64,000 nt of DNA, taken from positions 96,546 to 160,545 of the forward strand of contig CAWCNJ010000003.1 of assembly GCA_963796955.1 (NCBI GenBank), read 5' to 3'. The position numbers and the translations under genes are program-made. The notes under the pieces are model-generated. The model worked only from the letters and a program-made list of their open reading frames with translations. It was not told the DNA's origin and did not search any database. How positions within the stretch are numbered: the stretch's first letter is position 1; the number at the start of each line of letters is the position of its first letter. This DNA comes from Endomicrobiales bacterium. GTDB taxonomy: Bacteria; Elusimicrobiota; Endomicrobiia; Endomicrobiales; JALOBY01. This document shows, piece after piece, positions 10,051-19,050 of this stretch.

Positions 10051-10079
10051 TTTACATTTAGCCCTAAATAGTGTATAAT
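10051..10079 (+). promoter_or_regulatory. Sigma70 promoter of rpsO-pnp
   Basis: TTTACA (10051-56), 17 nt spacer, TATAAT (10074-79). Confidence 0.75.
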
Positions 10080-10096
10080 TCCAATAATATATGTGC

Positions 10097-10183
10097 ATTC
10101 CGCTGTTGAGGTGGCCTGAAAGGTCGCTTTTCGGCAGGAATAATTAAGAAAGCCCTCCTACGCTGGAATAGCTTCGGAGCGGC
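10097..10183 (+). promoter_or_regulatory. Structured rpsO 5' leader (two hairpins; candidate S15 autoregulatory element)
   Basis: ATTCC...GGTGGCC-tgaaa-GGTCGCT...GGAAT long stem, then GCC-CTCC...GGAG-C-GGC stem ending just upstream of the AAGGAG RBS. Confidence 0.45.
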
Positions 10184-10203
10184 AATATAAAAGGAGTAAC
10201 ACA

Positions 10204-10464
10204 ATGGCGTTCGCAAAGAAAGAAGTAGTGGAAAAGTTCAAGACGCACCCGACGGACACCGGTTCACCCGAAGTACAGATTGCCATACTTACAGGGCGCA
10301 TCAACTACCTTTCAGAGCATTTCAAGGTATATCCCAAAGATCATGCTTCACGTCACGGATTCCTTAAATTGATCGGCAAACGCCGCCGTATGCTTGAATA
10401 TCTAAAAACCACGAACAAAGAGTCTTATAAGACGATACTTGGACAGCTTGATCTAAGAAAGTAG
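10204..10464 (+). CDS. rpsO: 30S ribosomal protein S15
   Basis: DTGSPEVQIAILTGRINYLSEH, KDHASRHG, KRRRMLEYL. Confidence 0.98.
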   Translation: MAFAKKEVVEKFKTHPTDTGSPEVQIAILTGRINYLSEHFKVYPKDHASRHGFLKLIGKRRRMLEYLKTTNKESYKTILGQLDLRK

Positions 10465-10476
10465 TGAAAATATTCG

Positions 10477-10537
10477 TCCCCGCCGAAGAACTCCCCCGAC
10501 TTGGTCGGGGGACTACGTTCTCGCAAGACGCGGGGAT
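10477..10537. repeat. Nested palindromic element between rpsO and pnp
   Basis: TCCCCGC..GAAC-TCCCCCGAC-ttg-GTCGGGGGA..GTTC..GCGGGGA: perfect 9-bp core stem with two outer stems. Confidence 0.55.
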
Positions 10538-10599
10538 GTCGCATTTTTATGATGAGAGTCGCAGATGAGCTCCAAATAGTTTTTGTCGTTAAATAAACA

Positions 10600-10698
10600 G
10601 CGCCGGGCCGGGATCCAAAGGATACAACGAGTTTCTTGATCGAGTACGGCTGATCAGGGGAATTCGCTGGATCTTTTGAGGTTCCTGTTAACAGGCGC
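10600..10698 (+). promoter_or_regulatory. Long imperfect hairpin in the pnp 5' UTR (candidate RNase III site)
   Basis: GCGCC/GGCGC, CAAAGGAT/ATCTTTTG, CGAGTTT/GAATTCG and CTTGATCG/TGATCAGG pair in nested order, ending just before the pnp RBS. Confidence 0.5.
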
Positions 10699-10712
10699 AA
10701 AAAAGAGGGAAA

Positions 10713-12806
10713 ATGTCAGAAAAAACAGTTCGCAGTATTGAGTTCGCAGGAAAGACGCTTACCGTTGAAACCGGGTACCTTGCCAAACAGGCGGGCGGTT
10801 CAGCATTGGTTCGCCTTGGCGATACCGTTGTTCTGGTGACCGTTGTCGCCGGAAAAGATCCGAAAAATTTCATAGACGGCAATGTGTTCCTTCCTTTGAC
10901 CGTTGATTTTCGCGAGCGTACCTATGCCGCCGGTAAAATACCGGGCGGTTTCTTTAAGCGCGAGACCAGGCCCCGTGAAGGCGAGATCCTTCTCAGCCGT
11001 CTGATAGACCGCACCATCCGCCCGCTGTTCGCCGAAGGCTGGGACCGTGAAACGCAGGTCGGCATCATGCTTGTTTCGTCTGACGGCGTAAACGATGTCG
11101 AAATGCCGTCCCTGGTCGGCGTTTCCATAGCCCTTCAGGTTTCTGATATTCCTTTCGAGGCCAATGTTGCCGCCGTTCGCATCGGCATGATAGACGGTAA
11201 GTTCATAGTAAATCCTACCAAGCAGGAGCAGGCTTCTTCCTCTCTTGACCTGATGGTAGCGGGGACCTGTGACGCGATAACCATGGTTGAGTGCGGCGCA
11301 AAAGAGCTTTCTGAAGACCAGCTGCTGGAAGCCCTTAACCTTGCCGCTGAAAACCTTAAGACCCTGTGCGCCTTCCAGGAAGGTTTCAACAAAAAAGCCA
11401 AGCAGCTGGTAACACCGGCTGTCGTTGACGAGGCTATGAAGAACGAGATCACCTCGATGTCCGCCGCCAGGATCGAAGAGATCCTTCAGCCGAGATCAAA
11501 AGACTCGCGCGACGATATGTGGCGCGCCTACAAAAAAGAAGTGGTCGCCGCTCTTGAAGGGAAATACCCGGAAAAAGCAAGCGCCATCAAGAACATACTT
11601 GAAGACCTCTTTTACTACGCCGCCCGCAAACTGGTGCTGGATAAACGCACCCGCGCGGATGGAAGAAATCTAGACGAGGTCCGCCCGATCGAATCGATCG
11701 TAGGTATCTTGCCCCGCGCGCACGGCTCTGCCGTGTTCACCCGCGGTCAGACGCAGGCCCTTGCCGTAGCGACCCTTGGCACGCCGGGTGATGCGCAGGT
11801 TATGGACGTGCTGGACGGCGAATACAAAGAACGCTTCATGCTCCACTACAACTTCCCGGGTTTCTCTACGGGTGAGCCGAAACCGGAACGTTCCCCCGGG
11901 CGCAGAGAAATAGGCCACGGCAACCTTGCCCGCCGCGCGCTTTTGCCCCTGCTGCCTTCTGAAGCTGAATTCCCGTACACGATCCGCATAGTTTCGGATA
12001 TTCTTGAATCGAACGGTTCATCGTCAATGGCTTCTGTTTGCGGCGGCTCTCTTGCGTTGTTCGATGCGGGCGTGCCCTGCACCAGCAATTGCGCCGGTGT
12101 TGCCATGGGCCTGGTGAAGGAAGGCGATAAATATGCCATCCTTACCGACATCATGGGGATGGAAGACCACCTGGGTGATATGGACTTTAAGGTCACCGGT
12201 ACCCGCAAAGGCGTTACCGCCCTGCAGATGGATATAAAGATAAAAGGCCTTACGCCGAAGATCATGGCGGAAGCGCTTGAGCAGGCCCGCAAAGGCCGCC
12301 TGCACATACTCGGCAAGATGGAAGAGACCATGACGGCGCCGCGCGCCCAGATGTCCACGTTCGCCCCGCGTATGTTCATAGTACAGATCAATCCGTCGAA
12401 GATCGGCGAGCTTATCGGGCCGGGCGGCAAGAACATCCGCCGCATTCAGGAAGGCACCGGCGCCAAGATAGACATTGAAGACGACGGCAGAGTGTTCATC
12501 TCCAGCACCGTTGAAGGCGCTGCAGAAGCCGCGAAAGCAGAAGTTGAAGGAATGTCCGCCGAGATAGAGGTAGGCAAAGTTTACACGGGCAAAGTAACGC
12601 GTCTGATGAATTTCGGCGCCTTCGTTGAAGTATTGCCCGGCAAAGAAGGCCTGGTGCATATTTCACAGCTCGCGATAGATCATGTTAAGCGCGTGGAAGA
12701 TGTGGTAAAAGAAGGCGATGTTATCACGGTTAAATGCACGGAGATAGATGAAAAGAACCGCGTTAACCTGAGCCGTAAGGCCGTTTTGCTGGATCAAAAG
12801 AAATAA
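10713..12806 (+). CDS. pnp: Polyribonucleotide nucleotidyltransferase
   Basis: FLPLTVDF, GKIPGGFFKRE, RREIGHG, ESNGSSSMAS, GDMDFKV; KH and S1 domains. Confidence 0.98.
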   Translation: MSEKTVRSIEFAGKTLTVETGYLAKQAGGSALVRLGDTVVLVTVVAGKDPKNFIDGNVFLPLTVDFRERTYAAGKIPGGFFKRETRPREGEILLSRLIDRTIRPLFAEGWDRETQVGIMLVSSDGVNDVEMPSLVGVSIALQVSDIPFEANVAAVRIGMIDGKFIVNPTKQEQASSSLDLMVAGTCDAITMVECGAKELSEDQLLEALNLAAENLKTLCAFQEGFNKKAKQLVTPAVVDEAMKNEITSMSAARIEEILQPRSKDSRDDMWRAYKKEVVAALEGKYPEKASAIKNILEDLFYYAARKLVLDKRTRADGRNLDEVRPIESIVGILPRAHGSAVFTRGQTQALAVATLGTPGDAQVMDVLDGEYKERFMLHYNFPGFSTGEPKPERSPGRREIGHGNLARRALLPLLPSEAEFPYTIRIVSDILESNGSSSMASVCGGSLALFDAGVPCTSNCAGVAMGLVKEGDKYAILTDIMGMEDHLGDMDFKVTGTRKGVTALQMDIKIKGLTPKIMAEALEQARKGRLHILGKMEETMTAPRAQMSTFAPRMFIVQINPSKIGELIGPGGKNIRRIQEGTGAKIDIEDDGRVFISSTVEGAAEAAKAEVEGMSAEIEVGKVYTGKVTRLMNFGAFVEVLPGKEGLVHISQLAIDHVKRVEDVVKEGDVITVKCTEIDEKNRVNLSRKAVLLDQKK

Positions 12807-12821
12807 ACGAGGTGCATTTTT

Positions 12822-13295
12822 ATGAAAGAAACAAACACCCCGAAGCCGGCTGCATGTAATTCGGATGTCACGGCATTGTATGATATGATGCTGGATGATA
12901 ACCTTGAAGAACTTGAAATAAACGACGGTGATACAAAAGTCTATATCCGGCGCAAAGGCGCTGCCACTGTAACGGTGGCAGCACCCCAGCAGGTCACGTA
13001 TGCGCCGGCGCCAGCAATGTCAACTGCACCGGCCGCAGTGGAGCAACCTTCGCTGGGAGAAACGGTTAAATCGCCGATCATCGGTGTGTTCTACCGTTCC
13101 TCTTCACCCGGTGCCGCGCCGTTCTCCAGCGAGGGCGATGTCGTGGCCCCCGGCAAAACACTGTGTATCGTTGAAGCGATGAAGGTGATGAATGAAATTA
13201 AGGCCGACAGCAGGATGAAGATCATAAAGATCCTGGTTGAGAACGGTAAGCCCATTATCGCCGGCCAGGACCTGTTCGTGGTAGAAAAGCAATGA
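12822..13295 (+). CDS. accB: Acetyl-CoA carboxylase biotin carboxyl carrier protein
   Basis: SPIIGVFYR, EAMKVMNEI biotinylation motif, Ala/Pro linker. Confidence 0.92.
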   Translation: MKETNTPKPAACNSDVTALYDMMLDDNLEELEINDGDTKVYIRRKGAATVTVAAPQQVTYAPAPAMSTAPAAVEQPSLGETVKSPIIGVFYRSSSPGAAPFSSEGDVVAPGKTLCIVEAMKVMNEIKADSRMKIIKILVENGKPIIAGQDLFVVEKQ

Positions 13296-13495
13296 CAAAA
13301 GAACAAATAGGCATTAACGCGGGGCGGGTCTGGACGTACCTTACGGACAACGGCCCCACGACCATAATAAAACTTAAATCCGCCCTGGAAGTTTCCAGCG
13401 GACAGTTGCATCTGGCTTTAGGGTGGTTATCTCGTGAAGATAAGATAGAACTTACTGAACACGGCCACACATACAAAGTTAGCCAGAAGGGCTGA
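13292..13495 (+). CDS. Small winged-helix protein (DUF2582 family)
   Basis: IGINAGRVWTYL...LALGWLSREDKI signature. Confidence 0.85.
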   Translation: MTKEQIGINAGRVWTYLTDNGPTTIIKLKSALEVSSGQLHLALGWLSREDKIELTEHGHTYKVSQKG

Positions 13496-13498
13496 CAG

Positions 13499-15748
13499 AT
13501 GTTCCTAACTGCACGAGCTAAAACCAAACAAAAAGCCTCCAACGGTCCCAGCCGGGAGATAATCGGCATCATCTTGATCGTTGTCTCGCTGATGCTGGGA
13601 TACTGCGTGATCGTTCCGCAGCAGTCCGGTGCGTTCGGTACCGCGCTGGCCAGGATATTCGGGTTGTTATTCGGCGGTACTGCCTTTTTGTTCCCGGTTC
13701 TTTTAGCATGGCTCGGCTATGTGCATCTGAAGGCAGAGCTAAAACTGCATCTGCGGATGGATACGATCTGGTCCCTGCTGATGCTGGTGTGCGCAGCAAG
13801 CTTCATGTCGCTTGTCGGTATCAATTTTTTTCAATCCAACTACGGCGGGTGGTTCGGTCTTCACCTGAGCCCCGTCTTCCGGCGCCTGTTCGGCCTTAAC
13901 CTCTCTCTCGTTATTACCGCCGGTATTTTTATTTACACCGCAAGCCTTTTTTTCCGTATTTCTCTGCGGGAGCTGTTCTCCGGTTTATGGCAGAACCTGG
14001 TTTCGGATTACGAACACTGGCAGGCTGCACGCCGCGACCTGAAGCCAGAGGCGCCGCAACCGCCGAAGATCCGCGAAAGGAAGCCGGAACAGAAGACCCT
14101 GGACCTGCCTGAAACCCGGCAGGCTAAGCCTGAGATCAGGCCCGAGATAAAGAACGAGCCGCCCAGAATAGTATCGCCCAAATCACTTAATCAGCCGATC
14201 TCGGTAAAGCCCAAACCCGCCGACAGCAAAGCGCAGGTCTCTGCTCCTGCAGGCACGGGTGTGCCCGCAGGCTACCAGTTGCCGCCGCTCGATCTGCTTA
14301 ATTTCACGAAGCAGGGAAAATCCGACGGACACGCCGATCACCTGGCAAAAGCCGAACTGCTCACAAAAACGCTGGCGGATTTCGATATAACCGCCCGCGT
14401 CATTGAGATAATCCCCGGGCCCGTTGTTACCCGCTACGATCTGGAACTGGCGCCCGGCATAAAGGTGCAAGCGGTCACCAACATCAGCGAAAATCTTTCG
14501 CTGGTCATGAGAACGCCCTCGATACGGGTCGTCGCGGTCCCCGAGAAATCTGCCGTCGGCATAGAAGTGCCGAACACCAATAGCTCTATCGTCGGGCTCA
14601 GGGATATCCTCTCAGGGCCGGAATTCCAAAATAAGCATTCCAGACTTGCGTTAGGGCTTGGGAAAACGACCGACGGCATGCCGAGCGTCGCGGACCTTAT
14701 GCCGATGCCGCATCTGCTGATAGCAGGTGCCACCGGATCGGGGAAATCCGTCGGTATACACAGCATCATACTCTCGATCTTATACAAAGCCCGGCCCGAT
14801 GAAGTTAAATTCATGCTGATAGACCCAAAACGCCTTGAAATGCCGACGTACCGCGGACTGCCGCACCTGTATAACCCGCGCGTAAGCTACGATAAAGTAG
14901 ATATCATCACCCAGCCGAAAGATGCGGCGGATTCGCTGAAGAAGCTGACCAGGGTCATGGAAAAGCGGTACGAAAAGTTCGCGAAAGAAGCGGTAAGGAA
15001 CATAGAAGGGTATAACGAAAAAATGGCCGAACGCGGCCTGCCGAAAGAATTCTATATTGTGGTGATCATAGACGAGCTTGCCGACCTGATGTCGGTGGCG
15101 AGCAAGGATATTGAAGATTCCATTCAACGTCTGGCGCAAATGGCGCGGGCGGTCGGTATCCACCTGATCCTGGCGACACAGCGTCCGTCGGTGGATGTGA
15201 TAACCGGCGTTATCAAAGCCAATTTTCCGGCCCGGATCGCCTTCCAGACGACTTCCAAGGTTGACTCCAGGGTCGTGCTGGATATCGTCGGCGCGGAAGC
15301 GTTGCTCGGCCGGGGGGACATGCTGTTCCTGCCGCCCGGAGAATCGCGGCCCAGCCGTTTGCAGGGTGCTTTTGTATCGGTAAAAGAAGCCGAAAAAGTG
15401 GTCAAGTTCATCCTGGGTCAGGGTGTTACGCCGTATTACGAAGACCTTTTCGCGCGGCCGGCGGGAGAGTCGAAGGAATTCAATATTGACGACCCGGACG
15501 CGAAACAGGAGATGGCCGACCTGGTGCGTGCCCTGACCCTGGTGCAGGAACGCAAACGCGTCTCCCAGGACTTGTTGAAAGCGCTGTTCGGTTCCTCGGC
15601 GAAGGCGACCAATGTTTTGAGCCTGCTGGAAACGAAAGGCTTTATCCATAAGCCTGAGGGGACGAACCGCTGGACGATATATTTTGATAAAATAGACGAG
15701 TACGTAAAGACCTACGGACCGGTAGTGGGGGTAGATGATGAAATGTAG
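13499..15748 (+). CDS. ftsK: DNA translocase FtsK/SpoIIIE
   Basis: N-terminal TM domain; PHLLIAGATGSGKS Walker A, VIIDELADLM, RAVGIHLILATQRPSVDVITG, GAEALLGRGDML. Confidence 0.97.
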   Translation: MFLTARAKTKQKASNGPSREIIGIILIVVSLMLGYCVIVPQQSGAFGTALARIFGLLFGGTAFLFPVLLAWLGYVHLKAELKLHLRMDTIWSLLMLVCAASFMSLVGINFFQSNYGGWFGLHLSPVFRRLFGLNLSLVITAGIFIYTASLFFRISLRELFSGLWQNLVSDYEHWQAARRDLKPEAPQPPKIRERKPEQKTLDLPETRQAKPEIRPEIKNEPPRIVSPKSLNQPISVKPKPADSKAQVSAPAGTGVPAGYQLPPLDLLNFTKQGKSDGHADHLAKAELLTKTLADFDITARVIEIIPGPVVTRYDLELAPGIKVQAVTNISENLSLVMRTPSIRVVAVPEKSAVGIEVPNTNSSIVGLRDILSGPEFQNKHSRLALGLGKTTDGMPSVADLMPMPHLLIAGATGSGKSVGIHSIILSILYKARPDEVKFMLIDPKRLEMPTYRGLPHLYNPRVSYDKVDIITQPKDAADSLKKLTRVMEKRYEKFAKEAVRNIEGYNEKMAERGLPKEFYIVVIIDELADLMSVASKDIEDSIQRLAQMARAVGIHLILATQRPSVDVITGVIKANFPARIAFQTTSKVDSRVVLDIVGAEALLGRGDMLFLPPGESRPSRLQGAFVSVKEAEKVVKFILGQGVTPYYEDLFARPAGESKEFNIDDPDAKQEMADLVRALTLVQERKRVSQDLLKALFGSSAKATNVLSLLETKGFIHKPEGTNRWTIYFDKIDEYVKTYGPVVGVDDEM

Positions 15749-16391
15749 ATATATATCCTTTTTTCTTTGTATAATGCTAACTGCTGGCAGCGCGATCGCT
15801 ACGACGCTGGAAGATGTCATGAAATTAGTGCAGGCGGCGGACAAGAACATCACGACCCTGCAATTCGGCTACCGGCAGGAGATATCGTACACCCTGACGA
15901 ACGAAAAACAGGTAAACACCGGCACCGTCTCTTTTCTTAAACCGGATTCTCTGTACCTTACCCAGACAAAGCCTTTGGAACAGACCATCGTTGCCGACGG
16001 CAAGAAGGTATGGATCTATACGCCGTCGTACAAGCAGGTTATAGAAGACGACTGGAAGAAATGGGCCAACAACAGCATGGTGCCGGCCTCGCTCGTGAAT
16101 TTCGGAAAGGGTTGGGACGATCTTAAAAAACAATATACTTTTTCCTATATGGGCAGCGAAGGTACCGATTATATCCTGTCGCTGACGCCCGCCGCCGGGA
16201 AAAAGAATAATCTATTCGAGATAATGCTCTGGATAAATTCTGCCAGCGGGATGCCGGTGCGTATCGTTTTAAAAGGGGAGAATGTTTCCGTCACAACGCA
16301 GATCATGGATCAGAAGATCAATCCAACGCTTGATAAAAAAATCTTCAAATTTACCGCGCCCCCGGGCGTGGAATCGCTTAAAATCAATTAA
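15735..16391 (+). CDS. lolA: Outer-membrane lipoprotein carrier LolA-like protein
   Basis: Signal peptide; GTVSFLKP, QTIVADGKKVWIYTP, FKFTAPPGVE; follows ftsK. Confidence 0.85.
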   Translation: MMKCRYISFFLCIMLTAGSAIATTLEDVMKLVQAADKNITTLQFGYRQEISYTLTNEKQVNTGTVSFLKPDSLYLTQTKPLEQTIVADGKKVWIYTPSYKQVIEDDWKKWANNSMVPASLVNFGKGWDDLKKQYTFSYMGSEGTDYILSLTPAAGKKNNLFEIMLWINSASGMPVRIVLKGENVSVTTQIMDQKINPTLDKKIFKFTAPPGVESLKIN

Positions 16392-16405
16392 CACGGGAAG
16401 AAATT

Positions 16406-17113
16406 ATGAATGAGATAGGACAGATATTTAAAACCAAACGCCAGGAACTCGGTCTTACGATAGAAGATGTGAACCGCCAGATCTATGTGCCGGTTTCCTA
16501 TATCAAGGCTGTGGAAGAAGGTGATATGTCTAAATTCCCGGCTGAAGTCTACTACACGGGAACGATACGTCGCTACGGTCTTCTGCTGGGCCTGAACACG
16601 GACGAGATAATCTCCCAATACAAGAACTCCAAGATCCAGGCGCAGGCGGTAGCGCGGAAGATAGAGAATGATAAGAAGGAATTCCCCTACATCTATGTCG
16701 TGGCTGCACTGGCGCTGCTGGGGGGCATAGGTATTTTGTTCTTCGGCGGCACAAAGAAACAGGGGACCGAGGAAACCAGGCCCGCTGCGGTCGTAACGGC
16801 CGCGCCTGCGACCACGCAGCAGGTCGTACTGCAGCAGCAGGCGGTCGAGGAAGTTAAAAAATCACCGTTGGTGCTTGCGATATTAGGGACCAGCGGCAGC
16901 TGGGTACGGGTTTATGCCGACGAAGAAAAAGTCTTTGAGGGTGTTGTCGTGGGCGGGACCCTTAAAAAGTTCGGCGCAAAAAATAAATTCTCGCTTAAGA
17001 TCGGCTACGTGCCGGGTATCACGGTCACATTGAATGAAAAATCGGTGAACCTCGCGGTCGGGGCACGGCAGGATATTAACGAGATCACTCTAACCAAAGA
17101 AAACCTGAAATAA
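16406..17113 (+). CDS. rodZ: RodZ-like protein (HTH, TM, DUF4115)
   Basis: IGQIFKTKRQELGLTIEDV...YIKAVEEG...YYTGTIRRYG; single TM; SWVRVYAD C-terminal domain. Confidence 0.8.
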   Translation: MNEIGQIFKTKRQELGLTIEDVNRQIYVPVSYIKAVEEGDMSKFPAEVYYTGTIRRYGLLLGLNTDEIISQYKNSKIQAQAVARKIENDKKEFPYIYVVAALALLGGIGILFFGGTKKQGTEETRPAAVVTAAPATTQQVVLQQQAVEEVKKSPLVLAILGTSGSWVRVYADEEKVFEGVVVGGTLKKFGAKNKFSLKIGYVPGITVTLNEKSVNLAVGARQDINEITLTKENLK

Positions 17114-18417
17114 TGAACGTCTGCCTTTTTGTCCTCGGCTGCCCCAAGAACATCGTTGAAGGCGAGGGCATGGCAGCGTTGGTCACTAAGGCCGGACATG
17201 TGTTGACGACCGATATTTCCTCGGCGGACGCGGCGATAGTGCATACGTGCTCTTTTGTGCGCGACGCCAAACATGAATCCTGGTCCTATATCCACAAATT
17301 GGCCGGGCTTAAGGCCGCGGGCCGGCTGAAAAAATTGATCGTGACGGGCTGCATGGCTCAGGAAGAGGGAAAAAAACTTCTCGAGATGACCCCGGAAATA
17401 GACGTGGTCCTCGGCACCGGCCAGCTGAGCCAGCTTGCAAAAACCCTCCTGCTGGACGAACCTTTTGTATCCTGTAAATCTCCGGGCGGTCTTCTTGAAG
17501 CTCAGCGAGGCCGTATTTTATCATCTTCCCTGCCAAGCACGTATATTCGTATCGCCGAGGGTTGTAACCACACCTGCTCTTTTTGCGTGATACCCTCATT
17601 GCGGGGCGCCTATCAAAGCCGCAGCAGCGCCTCTATCATGCGCGAGGCACAGGCGCTGGCGGCCGCCGGAGTTCAAGAACTTATTCTGGTCGCTCAGGAT
17701 ACTACTGTTTTCGGCCGCGATACTAACGGCGAACTTCTTCTTGCCGGACTTTTGAAGAGATTGAACTCTATTAAAGCGTTGCGCTGGATACGGGTGATGT
17801 ACGCCTACCCGAACACCGTTAACGTAAAACTACTGGACGCGCTCCGAGATCTGCCGAAAGTTTGTACGTACCTGGACATTCCTTTACAGCATGCCAGTGA
17901 CGCCGTTCTCAGGCGTATGGGCCGTCCGGTAAACGTTCGCGGAGTCGTTGAGCGTATCTCGCGTTCTGTACCGGGTATCAGCATCCGCACCGCCTTTATT
18001 GTGGGCTTTCCCGGTGAGACGGAAAAAGATTTCTCGCAGCTGCGCTCTCTAGTTAAAGAAGGCTGGTTCGAGCACGCCGGTGTTTTTGAATATTCTGACA
18101 ACGAGAAGGCTCGTTCTCACGGTCTGGGGCCTGCCGTACCGGCCCGGATCGCGCGGCGCCGCCGTCGTGAACTGATACGTCTGCAAAACGCCGTTGTCAA
18201 AAAACGGAACAAAGCCCGTGTCGGGCAGGAACTTGAGGTTTTGATTGAAAGCGGCCGGAAGGGCGGTTTCTGGCAGGGCCGCGCCGCATTTCAAGCACCG
18301 GAAGTTGACTCGGTTGTTATTTGCAAAGGTGCACCTGGCCGGGCATACGCGGGACAATTCGTCAAGGTGCTGGTAAACGCCGCCAGAGATCTTGACCTGT
18401 ATGGGGATATCGTATGA
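17113..18417 (+). CDS. rimO: Ribosomal protein S12 methylthiotransferase
   Basis: LGCPKN, TCSF, VTGC, radical SAM CNHTCSFC, LDIPLQH, APEVD TRAM domain. Confidence 0.93.
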   Translation: MNVCLFVLGCPKNIVEGEGMAALVTKAGHVLTTDISSADAAIVHTCSFVRDAKHESWSYIHKLAGLKAAGRLKKLIVTGCMAQEEGKKLLEMTPEIDVVLGTGQLSQLAKTLLLDEPFVSCKSPGGLLEAQRGRILSSSLPSTYIRIAEGCNHTCSFCVIPSLRGAYQSRSSASIMREAQALAAAGVQELILVAQDTTVFGRDTNGELLLAGLLKRLNSIKALRWIRVMYAYPNTVNVKLLDALRDLPKVCTYLDIPLQHASDAVLRRMGRPVNVRGVVERISRSVPGISIRTAFIVGFPGETEKDFSQLRSLVKEGWFEHAGVFEYSDNEKARSHGLGPAVPARIARRRRRELIRLQNAVVKKRNKARVGQELEVLIESGRKGGFWQGRAAFQAPEVDSVVICKGAPGRAYAGQFVKVLVNAARDLDLYGDIV

Positions 18418-19046
18418 AGTTCAGCACGCTCACGCTTGCCAATCAACTGACGCTGATAAGGATATTCCTTGTCCCGTTCATGATATTATTCATGTACATT
18501 GATAATATCTGGATGAGGATAGCGGCGCTGCTAATATTCATTATCGCGACGATCACCGATGTCTACAACGGCAGGATCGCGCGCAGGACGAACACGGTCA
18601 CTACGCTGGGAACCTTTCTTGACCCGCTGGCGGACAAGCTGATAATCTCCGCCGCACTCATCGCCTTTGTCGGCTTGAAAGAGATCACCGTGCCTGCCTG
18701 GATGGTAACCCTTATCATTTCCCGCGAATTCGTTATTACCGGCCTGCGCTCCATCGCTGATTCAAAGAACATCGTTATCCCGGCGTCAAATCTGGGCAAA
18801 TTCAAGACGGCTTCACAAAGCACCGCGATAATCGCTATCTTCATTATCCTGATCATCCGCTCCGCCTTGTGGCATTATACGCACGTGCATGCAGACTGGC
18901 TTTTGACCTTCGGCGGCTGGTACCGGGTCTGGGGCTGGTGTTTGTCAAAATTGCCGTATTGGCTTGTGCTGCTGGCGACGGTGGCCTCGGTCTATTCCGG
19001 TATCGCCTATATAAAAGAGCATAGCGCCACGCTGCGGGAAAACTAG
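18414..19046 (+). CDS. pgsA: CDP-diacylglycerol--glycerol-3-phosphate 3-phosphatidyltransferase
   Basis: ANQLTLIR, GTFLDPLADK, SREFVITGLR, GKFKT; motif reads DVYNGRIAR instead of DxxDGxxAR. Confidence 0.9.
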   Translation: MKFSTLTLANQLTLIRIFLVPFMILFMYIDNIWMRIAALLIFIIATITDVYNGRIARRTNTVTTLGTFLDPLADKLIISAALIAFVGLKEITVPAWMVTLIISREFVITGLRSIADSKNIVIPASNLGKFKTASQSTAIIAIFIILIIRSALWHYTHVHADWLLTFGGWYRVWGWCLSKLPYWLVLLATVASVYSGIAYIKEHSATLREN

Positions 19047-19050
19047 CTCA

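Noticed and set aside
10425..10700. Minus-strand 91-aa ORF in the rpsO-pnp spacer
   Set aside because: No motif support; it overlaps rpsO, and the region is better explained by RNA structure.
14780..15853. Long minus-strand ORFs (e.g. 14780-15853, 7745-8719, 4542-5414, 51811-52743, 39511-40254)
   Set aside because: They lie antisense to well-supported conserved genes and show no recognisable motifs; typical shadow ORFs.
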